Assembly: GCA_964517125.1 (NCBI GenBank)
Contig: CAZFBD010000001.1
Location: 8,277-52,106 of the forward strand
Origin: an uncultured Acidimicrobiales bacterium
GTDB taxonomy: Bacteria > Actinomycetota > Acidimicrobiia > Acidimicrobiales > SHLQ01
Direction of reading: 5' to 3'
DNA: 43,830 nucleotides
The number at the start of each line of letters is the position of its first letter. Position 1 is the stretch's first letter. The notes under the pieces are model-generated. The model saw only the letters and a list, made by a program, of their open reading frames with translations, was not told the origin of the DNA and did no database searches. This document shows positions 8,776 to 19,410 of the stretch, in pieces. A program made the position numbers and the translations under genes.

Positions 8776-11700
8776 CTACCTCTGCCGCGGTCGGCCCGAA
8801 ATCGCCACACCGCCATACAGCGTCCCGAGCATGATCGCCGCGGCTGCAGCGAGTACCACGAAGTCGGCGCTCCGCTCGCCGCTGCTGATGGCCAGAACGT
8901 CGGGCTTGGGGAGTGCCGCTGCGACATGAATCGTCGACGACGAATCTGCCAGCAGAGGTCCGATGTGTGTGCAACGCCAGGTTGTTCCGTTGGCATCGCA
9001 CTCCCATTCCTCCTGCGATTCGGCAGTGAGCTCCGCTGCCGCTGGTAGGTGAAGTTCGACGGTCGAGCCGTGGTCAAGGTCGATGTCGGTGAGGTTGTCG
9101 ACACGGAATGCGTACCCAACCGTGGATGCGGTTCCGACGTCGGTATAGACCGCGGCGTCTTCGAGCGATACTTCCAGAACCCGATCGGTATGCGCATCGG
9201 GACTGGTCCAGGTGAACGTTGTGGCCACCGCAGCGGAATCGAACAATTCGCCCGGCGTCGCAAAGATGACGGCGCCAGCCACCTCCTGCACGATCTCCTG
9301 ATCGGCGACCTCTCCCCCGCTGGCATCCTGCTCGGAGTTCTCTTCCTGCGCGTCTTCGGTGTTGCCCGAGTCGGCGACCTCCGTTTCACCGTCTTCGAGT
9401 TCGTCACTGTCGAGGTCTCCACCACCGACCGCTTCGGTGGTCGACGTGGCCGAGGTGCCGGCATCGGCGGGCTCGGTCGTCGATGCCGTTTCGGGATCAG
9501 CGGTTGCAAGGATCGTTGTCGTCGTCACGGCGTCGTCGGCAGCAGGCACCGTAGTGGTCTCTGGCAGATCTTCGACAATGGTGGTCGGAGCGGTGGACGT
9601 CGGCTGGTTTGCGGCCGCGACGGTTGTGGAGGTTGTTCCCGGGGGCTCCGAGGACGTCGATGTCGAAGCGACAACCGTCGAAGACGTGGATGCCACTGAG
9701 GCAACGGTGCCAGGTGCTGCCGTTGTTGATACCGATCCATCGGCGGTGTCTTGAAGGGCAGCGGCCTCGTCGTCGACCGCATCGGGAACCGTCGTTTCGA
9801 CCGACTCGCCGGGCTCCGTGGGCGTCGTGACGCCGCCATTCGCAGACAGGCCGTTGGCGTTCTCGGCTGCGTCGAAAATCGTGGTCGGAGCCGCATTGGT
9901 GGACAAGGTTGCGCCGACCACGCTGGTCGTCGTTGTGGTCTCGCCCGCCGCAGCAGAGTCTGACGGAGCGTCCGCAAGCGCACCCGCGCCGGAGATCTCG
10001 AGATCTCCACCCGCCTCGGGCAGCGGTTCCACCGTGCCCGACGGAAGATGGTTCACTGAGTTCGCCGCCAGATTCACGGTTCGTTTGCTTCCGTCCGCGA
10101 GTCGAATCTGGAGTCGTACCGGCAGGACCTCGACGCCATCGCTGAACGGACGCCAGCTTCCGGCCTTGAACTCCACGATTCCTCCGGGCTCGTCGGCTCG
10201 AAGCGGAACGGTTTGAAACTCGGCCTCTGGAGCGACCGCCGCATTGATTCGGGTGAACTTCCGCAACCCATCGTGAAGAACCCGAAAGCCGATCGATGTC
10301 GGGAGGACTTCCCTTCGGACCTCTCCCTGCGAATCGGTCCGACCCATGAAAGTCCACCGCTGTGCGTTGAGGTCGACCTGCGTGCCAACGATTGGCTCGC
10401 CCGTCGAGTCGACGACTCGGATGATCGCCTCGACCGTTGACACCTGCACGTTGCGTTCCGATGCGAGATCCTGTCGAACCTGGCTCCGAAGCCCACCCCA
10501 GCTTACGCGGAACCTGGTTCGGACGGGAAGTAGTTCAGCTTCGAGATGGCCGGTGGCGTCGGTGGAGCCGAGCGCATCCCACTCGGAACCATGCACCTCG
10601 ATCGGCACGCCGACCAGCGGGGACCCGTCGAGGGACGCAACGGCAACGCTGGCGAGCACCGTTTGGAACCGGACGACCGGATCCTTGGCAATGTCCTGCC
10701 TGATCCGAACTCGCCGCTGGCCATGCGAGACGCGGAAGGAACGGGTCTGTGGGAGCAGCTCCGTCTGGATCTGGCCGGTCTCGTCCGTGGTCCCGAGTTC
10801 GCCCCAACCGGCGCTGTCCAGCTCCACGAGCGCACCAGCCAGCGGTGCACCGGTGGAGTCAGCAAAGTCGATGGTCACCGGAAGTGTCTGGAATCGAACG
10901 CTCGAATCGGCCGAGAGCTGTTGACGGATGGTTGTGCGGCCACCGTGCGCAGCCATGGCGAAGCGCACCCGTCCCGGCAGCATTTCCCCGCTCAACATCC
11001 CGTTTGCGTCGGTCGTTCCGAGCGAGATCCAGTCGTCACCGCGGTACTCCACCGCGCCGCCTTCGACCGGGGCTCCGGTGGAGTCGTGCAACGATACCTG
11101 GAACGGTGCTGTGGCAAAGGAGACGGCGTCGGTCTTGCGCAGATCGACCGTCTGCTCGGCTCGTACACCGTCGAGCGTCATGGTGAACGGGCGACGACTT
11201 GCAAGGATCTCGATGAACAACGCCCCGGTTTCATCGGTGACGCCAACCGGCTTCCAGGTGCCCGCACTTCGGAACTGGACCGCTCCGTCAGCCAAGGGCC
11301 CGCCTGAGGGATCCGTCAGCGAGATGCCGACTGCGATCGTGGAGAACTGCACCCGTGGTTCGGTGCCAAGATCCTGACGAATGACCTGCCGAATGTCCTG
11401 ATGGACGAGTTCGACCCGGGTCTTCTTGCCGGGCATCTGGCCCTCGACGCAGCCGTCCTCGCCGGTGACACCAATCGAGTGCCACGCTTCGTCGTACTGG
11501 AAGCCGGCTGACGCTCCCGCCAGCGGAGCTCCGGTCGAGGTTTGGAGGCAGACCGACGTGGTGGTGACGACATCGGCCAGTGCTGCTGGCGCCGCTGGGC
11601 CAGCGAACAGCACGACGACGCCAACGAACATCGCCGCAACAGATGCGACCTTGGTCAGCTTTCCTCGGGGCGCTCGAACCTCGAACCGGCTGGGGTCGAC

Positions 11701-13533
11701 GTCGTGCGCCTCCGTCTTCTCGGCATTCGTATGGTGCCCAACTGCGCAATACGCGATGAGTCCGGTGCGGACCGCAGGCGAGAGGTCACCGAACTGCAGC
11801 CCGACGCGCTGATGATCGCCGCGGTCCACCAGAGAGCGGACGACACCATCGAGTTCGAGGGTCTGTTCCGCATCGCTGTTCTCCGGAAGACGCAGGGTGA
11901 TCGGCACCCGTTGACCAAGTTCGAACGGACAGGAACTGCCGTGAAGATGCGAACCGAGCCCCTTGACCGCAAGGTCGACGACATGCACGAGATGGCCATC
12001 GATGACCGCCACGAGATCCGTGGAGAGTCGGAAACTGGCACGTCGCTGCTTTCGGCGGACGGCGACCTGCAGCACGTCGACCACAGCGACGATCACCATG
12101 AGGCCCACTCCCAAGGCGATGATGCGTCCGGACATGGAGAATCGGGGAAGGATTCGCGGCCAGATCAGGGTCAGTCCCCGTGCCACCACAGCGAGATCAA
12201 GAACGATCAGCACAACCGACGCCAGGCGCATCTTCTCGAGCGCGCCGAAGCCTGAACCAGATGTCTTGTAGAAGGCCACCACACGGCGACGAAGCCCGAG
12301 CACCGTAGCGAAGGCGTTGAGATCTGCCGCAAGTGTCCGCCACGCCTGTCGAGTCCAATCCCCACGCTCCATGGTTCCCCGCGCCAAAAGCCGGTTGGCA
12401 CGCACCATGAGGAGTTGTGCGGGTACCCAGACGGCCGCCCAAACACCGCCGGTCCCGCTGTAGGGAACCGCCCCTGTGAGGAGGATCGCGATCAACAACA
12501 GGGTCAGGCTCAGCTGGCGGACGCTGCTCGCAAATCCAAGGGCCAGCGCCAGGTGATCAAGTCGCTGGCGGCGACTCAGGCCAGCGTGACGCAGGGGGTT
12601 CTCGGGAGTGCGGAAGACCCGAAGCAGTTCGATTGCGGAGCGACGCCGAACCATCAGGTACGCCCCGAGCGAGTCCGGTGCGGCTGCGTGCACCACGACC
12701 GGTTCAGCGCAGTAGTGGCTCTTCCATCCGTTGCCCTGGAGGCGGATCATGGCTCGTTGCAGCGATGCCTGATCGTTTGGATCGAACCCGCCACTGCTGG
12801 CGATTGCAAGCGTCCGGACCATGGAACCACCGCCACGCCACGACGCCTCTCCCCTCGAACCAAGGCGGGGCTGAACGACCCGACTCTGGAAGGCGTCTTC
12901 GTCTCGCCCGCCTCGCAGGTGAGCGAAAGAGTCCGTGTTCAACTGGCCAATGCCGGCCTGTACGTAGGCCACGCCTGCGTCGGAAAACGTTGGGGCAAGC
13001 GCCTCGATGCAATTGGGCATCGGCACCTGCCCCGCTTCAAGCCAGAAGGCAAACGGGCTCGTTCGGGCCCCGGCCCAGAAGCCATCGACGTGGTTTCCCT
13101 CGGCGACCACGACGTCCACGTCGAAGCTCTGCGTGATTTCGAGCAGTTCCGGCCGTGCGGTCTGCATGGTCACGATCGTTCGACGGTGGTGACGGACGCT
13201 GCGGCAGCTCACCAGGGTTCGTTCCAGCTCCTCAGGCGTGTGGAACGTACACGTGACGACGATGTCGACGTCGCGATCAACGGTTTCGGGATGTGATTCA
13301 GGCTCTGCCTGCGGTGCTGATGTGTCCCACGACAGCATCGCCCGGAGGCCGAACTGTGCGAGACCCCAGCCCTCGAGAACGAGGAACGGGACAGCGATCC
13401 ACCAGGTGCCGAGGCCACCGACGAGGAGCCATCCAAGATGCACGATGCCAACGGCACTCGCTGCCGTCGCGTGCATGCGAATGCTGCGATCTTTCTGTTG
13501 TACCGCGGCCGCCCGCGTCGGTACCGTTGCCAT
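8776..13533 (-). CDS. 1585-aa fusion: degenerate BcsA-like GT2 + TM helices + PilZ + internal signal/TM + 75-aa repeats + Thr/acidic stalk + C-terminal membrane or sortase-like anchor
   Basis: Aligns by eye to the BcsA scaffold (VDIVV, VAYVQ, GGF, GWKSHY, APDSLGAYL). PilZ-like RRASFR...DLAVKG. Repeat boundaries at 11337, 11109, 10884, 10659, 10434 and 10209. C-terminus LAISSG + hydrophobic stretch + RPRQR. Confidence 0.85.
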   Translation of the reverse strand: MATVPTRAAAVQQKDRSIRMHATAASAVGIVHLGWLLVGGLGTWWIAVPFLVLEGWGLAQFGLRAMLSWDTSAPQAEPESHPETVDRDVDIVVTCTFHTPEELERTLVSCRSVRHHRRTIVTMQTARPELLEITQSFDVDVVVAEGNHVDGFWAGARTSPFAFWLEAGQVPMPNCIEALAPTFSDAGVAYVQAGIGQLNTDSFAHLRGGRDEDAFQSRVVQPRLGSRGEASWRGGGSMVRTLAIASSGGFDPNDQASLQRAMIRLQGNGWKSHYCAEPVVVHAAAPDSLGAYLMVRRRSAIELLRVFRTPENPLRHAGLSRRQRLDHLALALGFASSVRQLSLTLLLIAILLTGAVPYSGTGGVWAAVWVPAQLLMVRANRLLARGTMERGDWTRQAWRTLAADLNAFATVLGLRRRVVAFYKTSGSGFGALEKMRLASVVLIVLDLAVVARGLTLIWPRILPRFSMSGRIIALGVGLMVIVAVVDVLQVAVRRKQRRASFRLSTDLVAVIDGHLVHVVDLAVKGLGSHLHGSSCPFELGQRVPITLRLPENSDAEQTLELDGVVRSLVDRGDHQRVGLQFGDLSPAVRTGLIAYCAVGHHTNAEKTEAHDVDPSRFEVRAPRGKLTKVASVAAMFVGVVVLFAGPAAPAALADVVTTTSVCLQTSTGAPLAGASAGFQYDEAWHSIGVTGEDGCVEGQMPGKKTRVELVHQDIRQVIRQDLGTEPRVQFSTIAVGISLTDPSGGPLADGAVQFRSAGTWKPVGVTDETGALFIEILASRRPFTMTLDGVRAEQTVDLRKTDAVSFATAPFQVSLHDSTGAPVEGGAVEYRGDDWISLGTTDANGMLSGEMLPGRVRFAMAAHGGRTTIRQQLSADSSVRFQTLPVTIDFADSTGAPLAGALVELDSAGWGELGTTDETGQIQTELLPQTRSFRVSHGQRRVRIRQDIAKDPVVRFQTVLASVAVASLDGSPLVGVPIEVHGSEWDALGSTDATGHLEAELLPVRTRFRVSWGGLRSQVRQDLASERNVQVSTVEAIIRVVDSTGEPIVGTQVDLNAQRWTFMGRTDSQGEVRREVLPTSIGFRVLHDGLRKFTRINAAVAPEAEFQTVPLRADEPGGIVEFKAGSWRPFSDGVEVLPVRLQIRLADGSKRTVNLAANSVNHLPSGTVEPLPEAGGDLEISGAGALADAPSDSAAAGETTTTTSVVGATLSTNAAPTTIFDAAENANGLSANGGVTTPTEPGESVETTVPDAVDDEAAALQDTADGSVSTTAAPGTVASVASTSSTVVASTSTSSEPPGTTSTTVAAANQPTSTAPTTIVEDLPETTTVPAADDAVTTTTILATADPETASTTEPADAGTSATSTTEAVGGGDLDSDELEDGETEVADSGNTEDAQEENSEQDASGGEVADQEIVQEVAGAVIFATPGELFDSAAVATTFTWTSPDAHTDRVLEVSLEDAAVYTDVGTASTVGYAFRVDNLTDIDLDHGSTVELHLPAAAELTAESQEEWECDANGTTWRCTHIGPLLADSSSTIHVAAALPKPDVLAISSGERSADFVVLAAAAAIMLGTLYGGVAISGRPRQR

Positions 13534-13570
13534 GTTCCGCCATTCCCGCCAAGAGATTCTGCGTGCTTGA

Positions 13571-13597
13571 GTCGGTCACATGACGACACGGGGTGAG
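13571..13597 (-). promoter_or_regulatory. Candidate sigma28/FliA/WhiG-type promoter for the 1585-aa gene
   Basis: Minus strand CTCA-N17-ACCGAC, 37 nt upstream of the ATG; weakest of the four matches. Confidence 0.45.
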
Positions 13598-13639
13598 GGC
13601 CGATCGACCCTTATCCAGACGTATGGAATTGGAACCCGC

Positions 13640-14254
13640 TCAGTGGTCGAACACCGGAGCAGCCACGGGCCTGAAGCTGACATCGTCTGTGGACATGTCG
13701 GGCAGATGGTGCGTGCGAGCGGTTCGCCGCGTGTGGCCACCCCGAACCACGCGTTCCAACCCGGAAATCGGACCGGTCGGGTTGACTCGCTGCTCGTCTC
13801 TGTGGAACGTGGGGTCGTAGAAGTCTGCGCACCACACGGCCTGTGCCGTGATCGTGTGATGCATCGATGCACTTGCCCACTGGGCCTCGGTTGGGAGGCT
13901 GCTGGACTGCCACCGGCAGAACTCGCTGGCGTCGTACCAGCTCACCTGCGCCACGGCTGACTGGCTCTGGGCGGACGGATTGTTGAGACCTTGTGGGTGA
14001 CGCCAATCGGCGCCAGCCGTGAGCAGGTAGTCGCCGCCAGAGCGCACGAAACCCGTTCCGGCCTCCTCGGCTGTGGTGATGAACCCCGTGTCATCAACGA
14101 AAATAGCGAACTGTTCCACGGTGACCGGGTGCGCGGCCAATCGGAACGAGCCGACCGTGACGAGCCGTGGTGGGCCTTCGTCATCGTCGGATCGTCCCGC
14201 AAGGGCCTGCGATCCCATTTCAAACCGTTGTGTGTCTATCGGTAGCCAGACCAT
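13640..14254 (-). CDS. Short formylglycine-generating enzyme (SUMF1/EgtB/PvdO) fold protein
   Basis: FEMGS, EGPPRLVTVGSF, PVTVEQF..FV..TG..TTAE, GADWRHPQG, VSWYDA..FC.W, LPTEAQW, WCAD, RVVRGG; the catalytic Cys pair is absent. Confidence 0.8.
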   Translation of the reverse strand: MVWLPIDTQRFEMGSQALAGRSDDDEGPPRLVTVGSFRLAAHPVTVEQFAIFVDDTGFITTAEEAGTGFVRSGGDYLLTAGADWRHPQGLNNPSAQSQSAVAQVSWYDASEFCRWQSSSLPTEAQWASASMHHTITAQAVWCADFYDPTFHRDEQRVNPTGPISGLERVVRGGHTRRTARTHHLPDMSTDDVSFRPVAAPVFDH

Positions 14255-14260
14255 GGCTGG

Positions 14261-14806
14261 CTACGACAGCAGCGCTTCGACCTTTTCGATCAACCCATCT
14301 TCACCGAGGGAAGAGATGAGCACCTCGACCTCGCCGGCATCGTCGATGAAGACGAACGCAGGCTGGCTGGTGACACCGAATTCACGCCAGATGGCGACAT
14401 CCTCGTCGGCGATGTGGTCGAACGCTTCGACCCCGTAGGTGGATACGAAGTCCTGCATCTCCGACAGATCATCTCTGCCGGCGACTCCCACGAAGTTCAC
14501 GTCGGTTCCGAATTGTTCCTGTACCGATGCGACCGCACCGGCTTCTCTTTTGCATGTGCTTCACCAGGGTGCCCAAAACCACAACACCGTGTCCTGGCCC
14601 TCGAGGCTGCCAAAGTCCAGCTGGCCGCCGGCGACGGTGTCGTAGACGACCGGCACGGCTTCGGCTGAGCTCTGTTCCTCGGAGGCTGGCGCCTCGGTGG
14701 TGGTTTCAGGAGCCGAGGTGCCAGCAGATTCAACTGCGTCTGCACCACCGCACGCTGCGAGAGCAACGGCGAAGGTGGCAGCAGCAAGACTGCGACGAAG
14801 GCTCAT
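14261..14806 (-). CDS. Probable selenoprotein: TlpA/DsbE-like thioredoxin lipoprotein with WAPW-U-STC (Sec at 14561-14563)
   Basis: ORFs 14561..14863 and 14261..14500 share a frame: MSLRR...VALAAC (lipobox)...DTVLWFWAPW-TGA-STCKREAGAVASVQEQFGTDVNFVGVAGRD...FGVTSQPAFVFID. Confidence 0.88.
14523..14542 (-). promoter_or_regulatory. Candidate bacterial SECIS hairpin
   Basis: Minus strand GCCGGUGC-[GGUC]-GCAUCGGU; the loop starts 26 nt after the UGA and begins with G. Confidence 0.7.
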
Positions 14807-14919
14807 GAGGAAAATGGTAGCGCCCGCAGTGCGGCACACCCGGTCGGTTTCCCGAATGTTCACAACCTCTTACCTGCGCCCGGCGTTCAGTAACATCTGG
14901 CGAGAGCGAGAGGGATGAC

Positions 14920-17045
<2,126 letters not shown>

Positions 17046-17049
<4 letters not shown>

Positions 17050-17510
17050 CCGATCGACCGTTTCGCATTCTTGGACTGCAGCAGATCGCCATCGGCAGCA
17101 CGGACCTGGGCGCCCTCCGTTCGCTGTGGGTCGACACGCTTGGCGTCGAGAAGGTTGGCGACTACACCAGCGAGTCCGAGAACGTGCAGGAAGACATCCT
17201 GCGTCTCGGAGCCGGAGCACATGCGGTCGAGGTCGACCTGATGCAGCCGCTCGATCCCGACGCTCGCCCGAAGGTGCACGAGCCGAGCCTCAACCACATC
17301 GGGCTGTGGGTCGACGACCTTCCGGCGGCCGTCGAGTGGCTCACCGAATTGGGCATGCGCTTCACCCCCGGCGGAATTCGCCCGGGGGCCGCAGGTCACG
17401 ACATCGTGTTCGTCCACCCGAAGGGGAACGACGAGTTTCCGCTGTCGGGAGAGGGAGTGCTGATCGAACTGGTTCAGGCCCCGACCGAGGTCATTGCCGC
17501 GCTCGGCTGA
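17046..17510 (+). CDS. mce: VOC-family protein, probable methylmalonyl-CoA epimerase
   Basis: ATGA overlap with the mutase stop; [17 protein letters not shown]...[11 protein letters not shown]...FVHPKG...GVLIELVQ (true coding part of ORF 15126..17510). Confidence 0.85.
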
Positions 17511-17535
17511 CCGGCTCGGGGCGAACGAACGTTGC

Positions 17536-19296
17536 CTATGCGGGCTCGATCACCACGACGACATCGCCGGCGCCGACGCTGTCGCCCTCGGCAACACGAA
17601 CGTCGCTGACGGTTCCGGTGACGTCGCTGTCGATGTTGTTCTCCATCTTCATGGCTTCGAGCACCACGAGCGCATCGCCAGCTTCCACGGAATCGCCGGC
17701 TGCCACGTTCACACGAACGATCGTGCCCTGCATGGGGACTGCGATCTCTCCGGTGCCCGCTCCCCCACCTGAACCGCTGCTGGCGGCGGCTCGGCGACGC
17801 TTTGGTGCAGCAGCAACCGCTCCACCGGTGCTTTCGGGAACCCACATGCGAACGTCGAAACGCCGGCCATCGACCTCGACCGGGACCGTCTTCATGACTC
17901 GTGGGACGTCGTCGTCGGTCTCGGGCGCTGCTGTTGCCGTGGACTTCACGCCAGTGAGGTCCAGGCCGTTCTCGACCCAGTTGGTGGAGTGAGTGACCGA
18001 ACCGAATTCGGGTGACGCAAGAATCACGCGATCCGCTGGGATCGTGGTGGCGACACCCTCGATCACGAGTTCGTCGAGGGCGCGCAGAGCCCGACGGATT
18101 GCCGTGGGACGGTCATGGCCCCACACGCACAGCTTGCCGACGAGGTTGTCGTAGTACTGGCTGATTTCGTCGCCCGACTCGTATCCGGTGTCGAAGCGTG
18201 TGCCGAACCCGTCGGGAGCCCGAAGCGTCGTGATGGGGCCCGGCGAGGGCAGGAAGGCGCCTTCGGCCGGGTCCTCGGCGTTGATGCGGATTTCGATTGC
18301 GTGCCCGGTGATGGTGATCTGTTCCTGGGTGAAGGGCAGTTCGTCACCGTTCGCGACGCGCAGCTGCTGCTCGACCAGATCGACACCGGTGACGAGCTCG
18401 CTGACCGGATGCTCGACCTGTAGCCGGGTGTTCATCTCGAGGTAGTAGAACTTGCCGTCTTCGTAGAGGAACTCGACGGTGCCAGCGTTGGTGTAGTCGC
18501 AGCCTCGGGCGACAGCGATCGCGGCGGCGCTCATGTCGTCGAGGATGGCTGGGTCGATTCCGGGCGCTGGGGCTTCTTCGATGAGCTTCTGATGGCGACG
18601 CTGGGCCGAGCAGTCTCGGGTGCCGAGCGAGACACAGTTGCCGTGCGAGTCGGCGAGGATCTGGACCTCGACGTGGCGGGGGTTGCTCAGGTAGCGCTCC
18701 ATGTAGATCTCGTCACGCCCGAAGTAGGCCAGGGCTTCGCGCTGGGCTGATTCGATTGCTGCTTCGACCTCGTCGGCGCCGCCGACGACCTTCATGCCGC
18801 GACCGCCACCGCCATAGGCGGCCTTGATCGCAATTGGGTAGCCGTGTTCTTCGGCGAATGCATGAACCTGGGCGGGGTCGGTGATGAGGTCGGTCGTGCC
18901 CGGCACGCCGTGCACGTCGACCTTCTCTGCCGCTTCGCGAGCCGAGATCTTGTCGCCCATGACTTCGATCGCTTCAGGCGGTGGACCAATGAACGCCACG
19001 CCCATGTCGGCGATCGCCCGGGCGAAGTCGGCGTTCTCGGAGAAGAACCCGTAGCCCGGGTGGACACCCTCGGCGCCGCTTTCGCGGATGATCTCCAACA
19101 TGCGTTCGGTGTTCAGGTACGACTCTGCCGCCGTTTGGCCGCCCAGGGCGTAGGCCTCGTCAGCAAGCCGAACATGCAGTGCGTCCCGATCCAGTTCGGA
19201 GTACACGGCCACCGTCTGGACCCCGAGCTCGCGGCAGGCCCGAATGACCCGAACGGCGATTTCGCCACGATTGGCAACAAGAACCTTCTGGAACAC
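17536..19296 (-). CDS. Acetyl/propionyl-CoA carboxylase alpha subunit (biotin carboxylase + BCCP)
   Basis: KVLVANRGEIA, HPGYGFFSEN, GGGGRGMK, RDCSAQRRHQK, EMNTRLQVEH, EAMKM biotin site. Confidence 0.96.
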   Translation of the reverse strand: MFQKVLVANRGEIAVRVIRACRELGVQTVAVYSELDRDALHVRLADEAYALGGQTAAESYLNTERMLEIIRESGAEGVHPGYGFFSENADFARAIADMGVAFIGPPPEAIEVMGDKISAREAAEKVDVHGVPGTTDLITDPAQVHAFAEEHGYPIAIKAAYGGGGRGMKVVGGADEVEAAIESAQREALAYFGRDEIYMERYLSNPRHVEVQILADSHGNCVSLGTRDCSAQRRHQKLIEEAPAPGIDPAILDDMSAAAIAVARGCDYTNAGTVEFLYEDGKFYYLEMNTRLQVEHPVSELVTGVDLVEQQLRVANGDELPFTQEQITITGHAIEIRINAEDPAEGAFLPSPGPITTLRAPDGFGTRFDTGYESGDEISQYYDNLVGKLCVWGHDRPTAIRRALRALDELVIEGVATTIPADRVILASPEFGSVTHSTNWVENGLDLTGVKSTATAAPETDDDVPRVMKTVPVEVDGRRFDVRMWVPESTGGAVAAAPKRRRAAASSGSGGGAGTGEIAVPMQGTIVRVNVAAGDSVEAGDALVVLEAMKMENNIDSDVTGTVSDVRVAEGDSVGAGDVVVVIEPA

Positions 19297-19410
19297 GTTC
19301 GAACACCTTTACGTCATCGAAACGCCCAGCCCTGTCGGTCGGCCGGACGACGGCTCAATCTAGCGTTTTCGAGGCGGTCAGGGGCGAAGGGAGACTGCCG
19401 GAATCGTTCG

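Noticed and set aside
8745-9509. EctC as a 382-aa fusion protein
   Set aside because: The upstream part overlaps the 1585-aa gene in another frame, and ectC has its own RBS and ATG at 8744.
5793-14563. The two in-frame TGAs as pseudogene lesions or a recoded genetic code
   Set aside because: Both fall on the catalytic Cys with otherwise intact frames and hairpins, and TGA is used as an ordinary stop in many other genes here. A pseudogene reading is not fully excluded without seeing the sel genes.
14807-14919. Cobalamin riboswitch ahead of the B12-dependent mutase
   Set aside because: The gap is only ~113 bp, is shared with the divergent gene's promoter, and shows no recognisable B12-box.
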